From Syntrophales bacterium (GTDB taxonomy: Bacteria > Desulfobacterota > Syntrophia > Syntrophales > CG2-30-49-12), in contig JBAZOY010000002.1 of NCBI GenBank assembly GCA_041648505.1, positions 2,200 to 66,199 on the forward strand: a DNA stretch of 64,000 nt, written 5' to 3'. The notes beneath the pieces were generated by a model. The model had not been told where the DNA came from and ran no database searches. It saw only the letters and a list, made by a program, of their open reading frames with translations. Positions 1-9,942 of the stretch are shown one piece after another; position 1 is the first letter of the stretch, and every line of letters begins with the position of its first letter. Both the position numbers and the translations under genes were made by a program.

Positions 1-1
1 C

Positions 2-1894
2 GCGACCACGGATTCCAAGGTGGACCTGGGCATGATCGTCCGGGATATCGACGAGCTGATGGTGTTGAATGACGAGGCGCACCATATTCACGATCCGCGC
101 ATGGCCTGGTTCAAATCCATCGAGGATATTCACAACCGCCTGAAGCAGAAGGGGGCGGCTCTTTCCTTGCAGGTGGACACGACGGCCACACCCAAGCACA
201 ATAACGGGGCGATTTTCGTACAGACCGTGGCTGACTATCCGCTCGTGGAGGCTATCTCACAGAACGTCGTCAAGCATCCCGTCCTGCCCGATGCCCCCAG
301 CCGTGCGAAATTGAGCGACCGGCAGAGCGTGAAATACACCGAGAAATACGCCGATTATATCCATCTGGGCGTGATCGAATGGCGCAAGGCATACGCTGAA
401 CACGAAAAGATGGGCATGAAGGCGATCATGTTTGTGATGACTGATGATACCCGTAACTGTGACGATGTGGCTGAATACCTGGAGGGCAACTATCCCGATC
501 TGAAAGACGCGGTGCTGGTCATTCACACCAAGAACAACGGCGAGATTTCAGAAGCGGCCACGGGCAAGGGCAAGGACGAACTGGATGAACTGCGCAAACA
601 GGCGAATGAGATTGATGAGATGGACAGCCCCTATAAAGCCATCATCTCCGTGATGGTGCTCAAAGAGGGCTGGGACGTGCGCAATGTCACCACCATTGTG
701 GGACTGCGCGCCTATTCCGCCAAGAGCAACATTTTGCCGGAGCAAACCCTGGGACGCGGCCTGCGCAAAATGTATCCCGGCGATGTGGAAGAGTACGTCA
801 GCGTGGTCGGCACTAATGCCTTCATGGAGTTCGTGGAATCTATTCAGGCCGAAGGCGTGGTGCTGGAACGCAAGGCGATGGGGGAGGGAACGGGGCCAAA
901 GACTCCGCTGGTGATCGAAGTTGACAAGGAGAACGAGAAGAAAGACATAGCCGTGCTGGATATAGAAATCCCCGTGCTGACGCCTCGCGTCTACCGCGAA
1001 TATAAAAACCTGGCAGCGCTGGACGTGTGCGCGCTGGGGCATGAAAAGGTAGCCTTCCGGCAGTTCAGCGAGGAGGAACAGCGGGAGATCGTATTTAAGG
1101 ACATCGCCAACGGCGAGATTACGCATACCACAATTATGGACACGGCGGGCGTTGCTGATTACCGCAGTGTGATCGGCTACTTCGCCCAGACCATCATGAA
1201 GGATTTGCGACTGGTGAGCGGCTACGACGTGCTGTATGGCAAGGTCAAGGCGTTTGTGCAAGATGATCTGTTCGACCGAAAGGTGGAACTCGAAAGCCCC
1301 AACACCCTGCGCAATCTGTCAGAACTGGCCGCCGCCAAGACACTGATTGAGACCTTCAAAAGGGCGATCAACGCGCTGACCGTCCGGGATAAAGGCGACG
1401 CTGAAATCCGGGACACGATCAAGTTGCGCCAGACCCGGCCTTTTGTGGCCAAGGATCAAGGCTACTTTGTCCCGAAGAAAAGCGTCTTCAACCGCATCAT
1501 CGGTGACAGCCAACTGGAGCTTAAATTCGCCAACTTCCTGGATGGTTGCAGCGATGTGGTCTCTTTCGCGAAGAACTACATGGCCGTTCATTTCAAGCTT
1601 GATTACGTGAACACCGATGGTGACATTTCCAACTACTACCCGGATTTTATGGTTAAACTGGCGGACAGGCGGATTGTCATTGTCGAAACGAAGGGGCAGG
1701 AAGATATGGATGTGCCGCTCAAGATGGAACGACTGCGACAATGGTGCGAAGACATCAACCAGGTGCAGACAGGCGTGAAATACGACTTTGTTTACGTGGA
1801 CGAAGAGAGCTTTGAGACATTTAAACCATCTTCATTCCGGCAATTGCTGGAGGGCTTCAAGGAATATAAAGTGACTCAACGGGGAGAGAGGTAA
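2..1894 (+). CDS. Type III restriction enzyme Res-like subunit (DEAH helicase plus C-terminal PD-(D/E)xK-like nuclease), 5' end cut by window edge
   Basis: The frame is open from nt 2. Helicase motif II 'VLNDEAHHI'; motif V/VI 'LKEGWDVRNVTTIV...PEQTLGRGLRKMY'; C-terminal 'YYPDFMV...VIVETKG' nuclease-like core. Confidence 0.75.
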   Translation, partial: ATTDSKVDLGMIVRDIDELMVLNDEAHHIHDPRMAWFKSIEDIHNRLKQKGAALSLQVDTTATPKHNNGAIFVQTVADYPLVEAISQNVVKHPVLPDAPSRAKLSDRQSVKYTEKYADYIHLGVIEWRKAYAEHEKMGMKAIMFVMTDDTRNCDDVAEYLEGNYPDLKDAVLVIHTKNNGEISEAATGKGKDELDELRKQANEIDEMDSPYKAIISVMVLKEGWDVRNVTTIVGLRAYSAKSNILPEQTLGRGLRKMYPGDVEEYVSVVGTNAFMEFVESIQAEGVVLERKAMGEGTGPKTPLVIEVDKENEKKDIAVLDIEIPVLTPRVYREYKNLAALDVCALGHEKVAFRQFSEEEQREIVFKDIANGEITHTTIMDTAGVADYRSVIGYFAQTIMKDLRLVSGYDVLYGKVKAFVQDDLFDRKVELESPNTLRNLSELAAAKTLIETFKRAINALTVRDKGDAEIRDTIKLRQTRPFVAKDQGYFVPKKSVFNRIIGDSQLELKFANFLDGCSDVVSFAKNYMAVHFKLDYVNTDGDISNYYPDFMVKLADRRIVIVETKGQEDMDVPLKMERLRQWCEDINQVQTGVKYDFVYVDEESFETFKPSSFRQLLEGFKEYKVTQRGER

Positions 1895-2037
1895 CAAATT
1901 ATTCTGGGTTGCCGGGTAACACTTTTTGTGTGATTCATAGGTACGAAGGAGGTGCCTATGGGTTGGAAGGGACTTACTATCATGTACCGGAGAGTCAGAT
2001 TTAATTCCTCCCAGGTTTAAGAAAGGAATAAACTCCC

Positions 2038-3444
2038 ATGCGTAAAACAAAGATCGTCTGCACTATCGGTCCGGCCAGTGAGACGCCGGAGATGATCGAA
2101 GCGATGATAATAAACGGGATGAACGTGGCCCGGTTAAATTTTTCCCACGGGACCCGTGATGATCATGAAGAAAAGATAAAAATAATCCGTGATATTTCGG
2201 CAAAACTGGACATGCCCGTGGCTATCCTTCTGGACCTGCCGGGGCCAAAGATCCGGATAGGCTCTATTCCCGATCCCGGAGTAGAGCTTGAACCAGGACA
2301 GGATTTTATCCTTACCAGTCGTAACATGGAAGGTAACAAGGAAATGGTGTCCGTTTCCTATCCCGACCTTTCGGCAGCAGTCGGGACAGGGGACACAATT
2401 CTGCTTGCAGATGGTCTGATTGAAATGAAAGTGGTCAGGACCAGTACGAGCGATATCTACTGCACAGTTATCACAGGGGGTTTACTTACTTCCCGCAAAG
2501 GGATAAATCTCCCCATGGGAACAATCAATACTCCCTTTCTCACAGACAGGGATAAGCAGGGACTTCTCTTAGGGTTAAGCCACGAGGTTGATTATATTGC
2601 CCTGTCGTTTGTGAGAACAGCAGAAGATATTAAGACGGTAAAAAATATAATAAAGGAAAAAGGAGCTGATATCCCTGTTATTGCCAAGATAGAAAAACAC
2701 GAGGCTCTGGAACATCTGGAGGATATTATTGCTCTTTCCGACGGTATTATGGTGGCTCGTGGGGATCTGGGCGTGGATATCCCACTCGAAGAGGTACCAC
2801 TCGTCCAGAAAAAACTGATCCGGCAGGCAAATGCCCACGGTAAAACGGTAATTACGGCAACCCAGATGCTGCGTTCCATGGTCAATAGCCCGCGTCCGAC
2901 CCGGGCGGAAGCAGCAGATGTGGCTAACGCCGTTCTTGACGGAACCGATGCGGTGATGCTTTCCGAAGAAACAGCCGTAGGGAGTTATCCCCTCGAAGCT
3001 CTCAAGGTTATGGACCGTCTTGCCGTCAATGCGGAGACAGGATTTCCCTACGAAACAGTTCTCCGTTCCATCCCGAAAAAGGATATCTCCGAGTCTGTTG
3101 CACATGCATCCTGTATCCTGGCCGATCATCTCGATTCCCGGGCCATTGTGGCCCACACCCGGTCAGGACTGACCGCAAGACATATCTCCCGCTTCAGGCC
3201 GAGACAACCAATAATCGCCCTTTCTTCTAATGTCAGAACTCTAAGAAGAATGACACTCTTTTGGGGCTGTGTCCCACGGCTGATCAGAGAGCAGCGCGAT
3301 ACGGACGACGTGATCGAAAATACAGCTCAGGCGATATTGAAAATGGGTGATGCATCAGCCGGAGATACTATTGTTGTTGCTATGGGCCACCCTATAAATG
3401 CCTCCGGTACGACCACCAATATGCTTCGGGTCAAGAAGTTATAG
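2038..3444 (+). CDS. pyk: Pyruvate kinase
   Basis: N-terminus 'MRKTKIVCTIGPAS...NVARLNFSHG', plus 'MVARGDLGVDIP' and 'ATQMLRSM'. Length of 468 aa is typical. Confidence 0.95.
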   Translation: MRKTKIVCTIGPASETPEMIEAMIINGMNVARLNFSHGTRDDHEEKIKIIRDISAKLDMPVAILLDLPGPKIRIGSIPDPGVELEPGQDFILTSRNMEGNKEMVSVSYPDLSAAVGTGDTILLADGLIEMKVVRTSTSDIYCTVITGGLLTSRKGINLPMGTINTPFLTDRDKQGLLLGLSHEVDYIALSFVRTAEDIKTVKNIIKEKGADIPVIAKIEKHEALEHLEDIIALSDGIMVARGDLGVDIPLEEVPLVQKKLIRQANAHGKTVITATQMLRSMVNSPRPTRAEAADVANAVLDGTDAVMLSEETAVGSYPLEALKVMDRLAVNAETGFPYETVLRSIPKKDISESVAHASCILADHLDSRAIVAHTRSGLTARHISRFRPRQPIIALSSNVRTLRRMTLFWGCVPRLIREQRDTDDVIENTAQAILKMGDASAGDTIVVAMGHPINASGTTTNMLRVKKL

Positions 3445-3550
3445 GCTCTAAATAGGGGTAATAGATTTAAAACCGGAATCACGCTAAGAATCTGGTTGTT
3501 TAAGGCTCCCCGATAATTTATCTGTTAATAATGTTTCGGCAAGGGCCTCT

Positions 3551-5065
3551 TTAACTCAGCAAATCCCATGCTTGCTCTTTTATAAACCCGGTTATGCGGT
3601 CTCCTTCAGTTATCAAGACGCCTTGATTGCTGAGCCGGTTAAATACTTCCCGGATCTCTTCCTCTTCCTTTCCTGTAATCACGGCCAGTTCTCCGATAGG
3701 ATTTTGGCCCTCCCTGAGAGGCCAATTTTTTATAAAATATATAATTACTCTGAGTTTGATCCACAGGCGGGTAACATCTTCCAGATCTGCGTTGGTCTTT
3801 CTGATTCTATTTGAAAATTCCTTGAGCATGTAAAGAGATATTTCTTCACTTTCCCTGAGTATGTTGCGAAGGGTACCTCCATCAATGACGGCTACCTGGC
3901 TGTCCTCCACTGACCGGGCGGATGCAGTGCGGGGGGCATCAATCAGTACTGCCATCTCACCAAAATACTCGCCGGGTCCCATTTCAGCCAGTACCTTCAT
4001 AACCTGTCCAGCCTTCTTTTCCATACGGACTTTGCCCGTCAGAATATAATACATTTCCTGACCGGTCTCTCCTTCTCTGAAGATATAGGAGCCCCCCGGA
4101 TACACGTTACCGAATCTCCGGAAGAGTCTTTCGTATGCTCTAGCGGGGTTCTTTCTCGATTTTGAGAAAGTCTTTTCAAGAAGGATTAAATCCCGTCTCT
4201 GGTAAGAAGAGAGAAGTTCCGCGCAAAAGAGAAAAATTACTGCCACATAGAAAACCCAGATTACGAGGACAACCACCGTTTCAAGAGAGCCGAAGATCAG
4301 ATTGTAGCGGGTATAATCTGACACATACCAGGTGAAAAAGTGTTTGGCCACCTCCATCAGGGCGGAAAAAATTACACCCGCTAAAATGGCGCCAATGGAG
4401 TTTATTTTTCCCCTGGGGATGATCTTATATACAATAATAATGAAAGCAACTGTGAGCGTGAATGGAATGATGTAGCGGAATAAAGTGTTATTGACGAAAG
4501 AAAGGTAGCCGGCATTTATCATGACGGGTTGTTTGGCCAGTATTGTGGCAAGATATGTAATGCCGACGCTGACTATAACGATGGTCCACCCTATCGGGAT
4601 CATGGCGATCGCAAGCAGCTTGGAGACAAAATAATTTCTTATTCCTTTTGATCGGAATGTAATGTTCAAGGCTGTTTCTATGGCCCCGAAGATCATGCTG
4701 GAAAACCAGACGAGGCTTACGATTCCAATCCAACTTAAAAGCTGTTTCTTTTGCTCCATTTGTCCCAGCTGGTCAAGCAGGGCCTCCGAAAAATAGGGGT
4801 GGAATCCACGTATTGCCTGAACAAGTTCACCTTGAATATTCGGGTAGGAACTGAAGATATGACTTCCCAGCAAAATAGTCAGAATGAAGAGAGGGATAAT
4901 AGAGAGGATGGCGTAGAGGGAGATAGCCGCGGCCTGGTTCGTGCCTCCGTTTTTCCGGTAATTCTTGGTCGCGTCCTGTAAAACATCCCAGATTGCAGCG
5001 AGGGCAAGCAAGACGGAATAGTGATTTTGATGCTTAGTGGAGGTATCAATCATATTTCTGTTCAC
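3551..5065 (-). CDS. YihY/BrkB-family membrane protein fused to a Crp/Fnr-like cNMP-binding plus HTH-like module
   Basis: The N-terminal ~290 aa is multi-TM with the YihY-like 'AAAISLYAILSIIPLFIL'. The C-terminal part carries the cNMP signature 'GEYFGEMAVLIDAPRTASARS' followed by an HTH-like 'IGELAVITGKEEEEIREVFNRLSNQGVLI'. Confidence 0.75.
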   Translation of the reverse strand: MNRNMIDTSTKHQNHYSVLLALAAIWDVLQDATKNYRKNGGTNQAAAISLYAILSIIPLFILTILLGSHIFSSYPNIQGELVQAIRGFHPYFSEALLDQLGQMEQKKQLLSWIGIVSLVWFSSMIFGAIETALNITFRSKGIRNYFVSKLLAIAMIPIGWTIVIVSVGITYLATILAKQPVMINAGYLSFVNNTLFRYIIPFTLTVAFIIIVYKIIPRGKINSIGAILAGVIFSALMEVAKHFFTWYVSDYTRYNLIFGSLETVVVLVIWVFYVAVIFLFCAELLSSYQRRDLILLEKTFSKSRKNPARAYERLFRRFGNVYPGGSYIFREGETGQEMYYILTGKVRMEKKAGQVMKVLAEMGPGEYFGEMAVLIDAPRTASARSVEDSQVAVIDGGTLRNILRESEEISLYMLKEFSNRIRKTNADLEDVTRLWIKLRVIIYFIKNWPLREGQNPIGELAVITGKEEEEIREVFNRLSNQGVLITEGDRITGFIKEQAWDLLS

Positions 5066-5239
5066 CTGTGTGGAGGTCAGTATGGCTAATGGATAACATG
5101 AATGTACGATATATCTTGACAGCGAACCATGATTTCTGGCAAGTTTGTAAAAGCTTATGAGATTTGAAAAATTTATTCATCGGCGCTCAAAAATCTTTTC
5201 TGTCTATTTTCATTGAGATTATAGCATATCTGTTTCAAT

Positions 5240-6880
5240 ATGAAATCACTTCATCGAATCATCATGGTTCTAATTATCCTTTTCTCCATGGCTGTATGGG
5301 GGTGCACAGAAAGGGAGCAAAAAGATTCTGTCAGGGACACACGGGATACAGGTCCTGCCTATGGGGATATCATGGTGGAGGGTTCTATCGGCGATGCCAG
5401 CAACCTGCTCCCCATTCTTGCTTCGGACAGCACCTCTCACGATATCGCGGGGATGGTCTTCAACGGCCTTGTAAAATATGACAAAGACCTGAATGTTGTT
5501 GGGGATCTTGCTGAATCATGGGACATTTCTCCTGACGGTCTAGTGATCACCTTCCGCCTGAGAAAGAATGTAAAATGGCAGGATGGGCATCCATTTACTG
5601 CTGCTGATGTTCTTTATACCTACAAAGTTACGATAGATCCCAAAACCCCCACCCCTTACGCCGGCGATTTTCTCAAGGTCAAGAAAGCGGAAGTCCTTGA
5701 TCCTTATACCTTTCGTGTTACCTACGACAAACCATTTGCTCCTGCCCTTATGAGTTGGGGATCTGCCGTTCTTCCGAAACATTTACTTGCCGGAAAAGAT
5801 ATTACCGCAAGCCCCCTTACGAGGCATCCTATAGGCACAGGTCCATATATGTTCAAAGAATGGAGCCCCGGTCAAAAAATCGTCCTCGTCGCCAATCCTG
5901 ATTATTTTGAAGGGAGACCTTATATAGGTGGTTACATCATGCGTATCATCCCGGATATGGCGACCATGTTCCTCGAACTGCGCGCAAATGGCATTGACCG
6001 GATGGGGCTGACCCCGCTTCAGTACACGAGACAGACAGAAAACAACCTGTTCCGTAAAAATTTCAATAAGTATCGCTACCTTTCCTTTTCTTACACTTAT
6101 CTCGGATACAACCTCAAGAATCCTATGTTTGTCGATAAGCGAGTGAGGCAGGCTATTGCTTACGCTATAAATAAAGAGGAGATTATTCAGGGCGTTCTCC
6201 TGGGGCTCGGTAAGGTAGCCACAGGTCCTTTTAAGCACGGTACCTGGCCCTATAACCCCAATGTAAAGGCATATCCTCACAGCCCCCGGAAAGCCAAGGA
6301 ACTTCTTGCGGAGGCGGGCTGGAAAGATACGGATGGTGACGGCATCCTGGATAGAAACGGCGAGCCCTTTATTTTTGAGATTATTACGAATCAGGGAAAC
6401 GATGTCCGGCAAAAGTGTGCTGAAATTATTCAGAAACGCCTTGCCGAAATAGGAATTAAAGTGAAAATAAGGGTCCTCGAATGGGCCGCCTTCGTAAATG
6501 ATTTTATCAACAAAAGGAGATTTGATGCGGTCATTCTGGGCTGGACCATACCTCTTGATCCCGACCTTTACGATGTATGGCATTCCAGCAAGACGAAGCC
6601 GGAAGAATTGAATTTTATATCGTATAAAAACACAGAGGTTGATGAATTGCTGGAGAGGGGGAGAGGTACCTTCAATCAGAAGGAAAGAAAGAAATGCTAC
6701 GACAGGATACAGGAGATCATGTCAGAGGAACAGCCTTACACTTTCCTCTATGTGCCCGATGCCCTGCCTATTATCCATGCCCGTTTCAGAGGCATTAAAC
6801 CGGCTCCACTGGGGATCGGATATAATTTCATCAAGTGGTATGTCCCCCCCGGTGAACAAAAATTTGAGATGACAAGGTAA
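5240..6880 (+). CDS. ABC transporter substrate-binding protein, family 5 (peptide/nickel type), lipoprotein-like signal
   Basis: Signal 'LFSMAVWGC'. OppA/DppA-like blocks 'NVKWQDGHPFTAADV', 'GTGPYMFKEW' and 'LGWTIPLDPD'. No permease or ATPase gene lies adjacent. Confidence 0.85.
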   Translation: MKSLHRIIMVLIILFSMAVWGCTEREQKDSVRDTRDTGPAYGDIMVEGSIGDASNLLPILASDSTSHDIAGMVFNGLVKYDKDLNVVGDLAESWDISPDGLVITFRLRKNVKWQDGHPFTAADVLYTYKVTIDPKTPTPYAGDFLKVKKAEVLDPYTFRVTYDKPFAPALMSWGSAVLPKHLLAGKDITASPLTRHPIGTGPYMFKEWSPGQKIVLVANPDYFEGRPYIGGYIMRIIPDMATMFLELRANGIDRMGLTPLQYTRQTENNLFRKNFNKYRYLSFSYTYLGYNLKNPMFVDKRVRQAIAYAINKEEIIQGVLLGLGKVATGPFKHGTWPYNPNVKAYPHSPRKAKELLAEAGWKDTDGDGILDRNGEPFIFEIITNQGNDVRQKCAEIIQKRLAEIGIKVKIRVLEWAAFVNDFINKRRFDAVILGWTIPLDPDLYDVWHSSKTKPEELNFISYKNTEVDELLERGRGTFNQKERKKCYDRIQEIMSEEQPYTFLYVPDALPIIHARFRGIKPAPLGIGYNFIKWYVPPGEQKFEMTR

Positions 6881-6906
6881 TTGAAAGAATAAAAGAGGGG
6901 TACAAA

Positions 6907-8463
6907 ATGAAGGTTGCGAGCGTAAATGAGATGAGGTCTATGGACCGATACGCCACTGGAAAACTGGACATCCGGGAGGAGATCCTCATGGAAAACGCCG
7001 GACAGGCTTCATCTTTCGTTCTGGCAAAAGAGGTGGGGATAAAGGATAAGAGATTTGCCATTCTATGTGGTGTCGGCAATAACGGTGGTGACGGTTTTGT
7101 CGTGGCCCGTAACATCCATGCCAATGGCGGGATGGCCAGGGTATTCATCCTCGGTGATCCGGTCAAGTTTAAAGGGGCGGCAAAGGCCAATCTGGATATC
7201 TTAAAAAAACTTCCCGTAGAGGTAACAAGGGTCGAGTCTGTCACGGCTATAGACATTGATCTCCTTCACGCCCATGGAATTGTGGATGCCATTTTTGGCA
7301 CCGGTCTTGACAGAGAGGTCGGGGGCCTTTACAGAGAAGCGATCCAACTGATCAATGCAAGCGGGAAAAAGGTGCTCAGCCTTGATATCCCTTCCGGTGT
7401 TAACGGCGACACGGGAGAAATCATGGGTGCCGCGGTCCATGCTGATTATACGGTTACTTTCGGTCTCCCAAAGTTTGGAAACATGCTGTATCCGGGGTAT
7501 GGATGCTGCGGAAAACTATATATTACCCACATTTCCTTCCCCCCTTCACTGCACAACAGCGATGAACTTAAGGTTGAGATCAATGATCCTGTAAAACTCC
7601 CGCCGAGAGAACGAGATGCCCATAAAGGATCTATGGGGGAAGTTCTCTTTATTGCCGGCGCTATGAACTACTTCGGTGCGCCATATTTTGCCGCTCTATC
7701 TTTCCTCAAGGCCGGTGGAGGATACGCCCGACTTGCTGCACCACGTTCCATGACACCATTTATTGCCCAGAAGGGGAGCGAGATTGTCTTTGTCCCTCAG
7801 GAAGAAACAGCGGCAGGGAGCCTCTGTCTGAAAAACAGAGACTTCTTACTCGAGCTTTCAGAAAAAATGGATATGGTAGTTATCGGACCCGGTCTGTCAC
7901 TTGCGGAGGAAACGCAGCAATTAGTCAGGGAACTGGTCAAAGCTATCGGTAAACCAGTGATCATTGACGGTGACGGGCTTACAGCTGTGGCAGATGATCT
8001 TGAAATTATCAGAAAAAGGGAGGCAGTAACCATTTTGACCCCCCATCAGGGAGAGATGTCAAGAATTACAAAGAAAAGTACAGAGGAGATAAAAAAGAAT
8101 AAAATAGCTCTCTTGCAGAATACAGCCACGGATCTGCATGCAATTATTGCCTTGAAGGGTGCTCATTCGCTGATAGGCTATCCCGATGCAAGGGTTTTTA
8201 TTAATCTCAGCGGTAATCCGGGGATGGCAACGGCGGGATCGGGCGATGTCTTAACAGGAACCATTGCGGCTATGTTCGGTCTTGGCTTGCCAATCGAAGA
8301 TGCGGTGAGAAAGGGTGTTTTTATCCATGGACTTTCAGGAGACCTCGCCGCCCGGGACAAAGGAGAAGATGGAATTACAGCCCAGGATATTCTCGATTAT
8401 CTACCTCTGGCCATGAAGTCGGACAGGAAGGGGCTAGATTTTTCTTTCAATAATGTAATCTGA
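6907..8463 (+). CDS. nnr: Bifunctional NAD(P)H-hydrate repair enzyme (epimerase/ADP-dependent dehydratase)
   Basis: YjeF-N block 'LCGVGNNGGDGFVVAR' and C-terminal carbohydrate-kinase block 'GNPGMATAGSGDVLTG'. 518 aa. Confidence 0.9.
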   Translation: MKVASVNEMRSMDRYATGKLDIREEILMENAGQASSFVLAKEVGIKDKRFAILCGVGNNGGDGFVVARNIHANGGMARVFILGDPVKFKGAAKANLDILKKLPVEVTRVESVTAIDIDLLHAHGIVDAIFGTGLDREVGGLYREAIQLINASGKKVLSLDIPSGVNGDTGEIMGAAVHADYTVTFGLPKFGNMLYPGYGCCGKLYITHISFPPSLHNSDELKVEINDPVKLPPRERDAHKGSMGEVLFIAGAMNYFGAPYFAALSFLKAGGGYARLAAPRSMTPFIAQKGSEIVFVPQEETAAGSLCLKNRDFLLELSEKMDMVVIGPGLSLAEETQQLVRELVKAIGKPVIIDGDGLTAVADDLEIIRKREAVTILTPHQGEMSRITKKSTEEIKKNKIALLQNTATDLHAIIALKGAHSLIGYPDARVFINLSGNPGMATAGSGDVLTGTIAAMFGLGLPIEDAVRKGVFIHGLSGDLAARDKGEDGITAQDILDYLPLAMKSDRKGLDFSFNNVI

Positions 8464-9420
8464 AATGGTCAATAGAGAGGTCTTCGCCTGACAATCTTCA
8501 AAACCTTTCAGAAACTCTTTACCTTCGGCTATATATGCCCCCGCTTTATTGAGAGCATAATTGATACCGTCATATTTATGGATTAGAGAAAGGATATCAC
8601 TGACAGATGTTTCTTTATTCTGAATGGACTGTTTGATCAATTTCCTCTCGTTAGAGGAACATTTTTTCATGGTGTGTATTAAAGGAAGGGTGATTTTTCC
8701 TTCTTCAATATCCTTGCCAATGGCTTTTCCAAACTCTTCTTCCGCGGCTATATAATCGAGGGTATCGTCACTTATCTGAAAGGCCGAACCGATTCTCATG
8801 CCGAAGCGCGTTAAGGCTTCAATCTTCGTGTCTGATACATTACCAAGGATACCCCCTACGGCACATGCGGCAGAGATTAGTATGGAGGTCTTCTTCTCAA
8901 CGATGGACAGGTATTCCTTTTCCGTTATATTTACGTCACCGGTCTTGATCAGTTGGAAAACTTCTCCTTCTGACATGGTGTTGGTTGTGGTGGAAAGAAG
9001 TTTCAAGATGGAGAGATTACCATCTTCGGTCATGATTCTAAAAGACTTAGAATAGAGAAAATCGCCTACCAGAACACTGGCGGCGTTACCCCATATATTG
9101 TTTGCCGATGTCTTACCCCGCCTCGTTTGAGCATGGTCAATAACGTCATCATGGAAAAGGGTTGCCGTATGGATGAACTCGATCATAGCAGACAGGGAAT
9201 AGCATCGCTCTCCTCTATAACCGCAAAGTGATGAGGCCGCCAGCAACAAAAGAGGCCTGAATCTCTTGCCCCCACTGCCGATAAGATGATAAGCGATTTC
9301 GGGGATAACACTGATCTCTGAGTGGAGATGTTTCTCCATGTATTCTTCTACACGCCTTAGATCATCTCCGTAATAGCGAAAAACATCATGTATCTGCACG
9401 GTGCCTGGCCTTTGGATCAA
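8434..9420 (-). CDS. Long-chain polyprenyl diphosphate synthase (IspB/HepT-like)
   Basis: First DDxxD 'LFHDDVIDHAQTRRGK' and second 'FQISDDTLDY'. 328 aa. Its 3' end overlaps convergent nnr by 30 nt. Confidence 0.85.
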   Translation of the reverse strand: MIQRPGTVQIHDVFRYYGDDLRRVEEYMEKHLHSEISVIPEIAYHLIGSGGKRFRPLLLLAASSLCGYRGERCYSLSAMIEFIHTATLFHDDVIDHAQTRRGKTSANNIWGNAASVLVGDFLYSKSFRIMTEDGNLSILKLLSTTTNTMSEGEVFQLIKTGDVNITEKEYLSIVEKKTSILISAACAVGGILGNVSDTKIEALTRFGMRIGSAFQISDDTLDYIAAEEEFGKAIGKDIEEGKITLPLIHTMKKCSSNERKLIKQSIQNKETSVSDILSLIHKYDGINYALNKAGAYIAEGKEFLKGFEDCQAKTSLLTISDYIIERKI

Positions 9421-9819
9421 GATAACTTTATATAATCTGGGGTATACAATTGATTCCGGCTGATATCTTTAAGATATTGACTCTATAGCGATGTTATCAT
9501 TTTTATAAATAGATACTAAATAATGACAAACAACTGAAAGTGAATACTATAATTTTTATACGCCTTAGTCAAGTTCCTTAATCAGTATAAAAAAACAGGA
9601 GACTGTTGTTGGGCTCGTAAAATTAGGGTGATGGAGTAATTTTGAAGGGAATTTATCATCAACGAGGTGAAGATATTATGACACAAAGCGTTCTATCTTT
9701 TTGAGACAGGACGGTGAGGCATGGCGCTTGTGTCGTGCCTGGCCGGATCATTAAGGGTAAGTATTTGATACAAAAGGATAAATGTCGGCCAGGTGGTGGA
9801 TTTAGATTCTAAAATACTA

Positions 9820-9860
9820 TTGACCTTAATACATTAAGGTGATAAAAATCAACAATTGTT
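9820..9860 (+). promoter_or_regulatory. Candidate promoter with overlapping palindromes upstream of DUF502-metK-ahcY
   Basis: TTGACC (9820-9825), a 17-nt spacer, then TAAAAA (9843-9848). Palindrome CCTTAAT-AC-ATTAAGG lies at 9824-9839, and a perfect 10-bp palindrome AACAATTGTT at 9851-9860. Confidence 0.3.
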
Positions 9861-9942
9861 CGACAATGGAAAGCTATGGCTATTTACACAATGGGTTTAA
9901 TAGAATTATAACTTTTTGCGTTTCAGGGAGGTTGTTTACCTG

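Noticed and set aside
548-1261. 237-aa minus-strand ORF (and 257-526, 1222-1452 and 1319-1741 on the minus strand) inside the Res-like gene
   Set aside because: These are antisense shadow ORFs in a GC-rich gene. They have Arg/His/Ala-rich low-complexity composition and no recognisable motifs. The plus-strand helicase reading is unambiguous.
1958-2020. 20-codon ORF (MGWKGLTIMYRRVRFNSSQV) with a strong AGGAGG RBS between res and pyk
   Set aside because: It is too short to evaluate and has no recognisable similarity. It could be a chance ORF at a recombination or assembly junction.
5783-6583. 266-aa minus-strand ORF
   Set aside because: It lies entirely antisense to the well-supported family-5 substrate-binding protein gene and has no recognisable domain.
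9421-9942. SAM or SAH riboswitch upstream of the metK/ahcY operon. The segment around 9716-9742 has a GC hairpin 'AGGCATGGCG...CGTGCCT', and an 8-codon uORF MTQSVLSF lies nearby
   Set aside because: I could not find the conserved cores of SAM-I, SAM-II or the SAH element. The resemblance is limited to generic GC hairpins. cmscan is needed to be sure.
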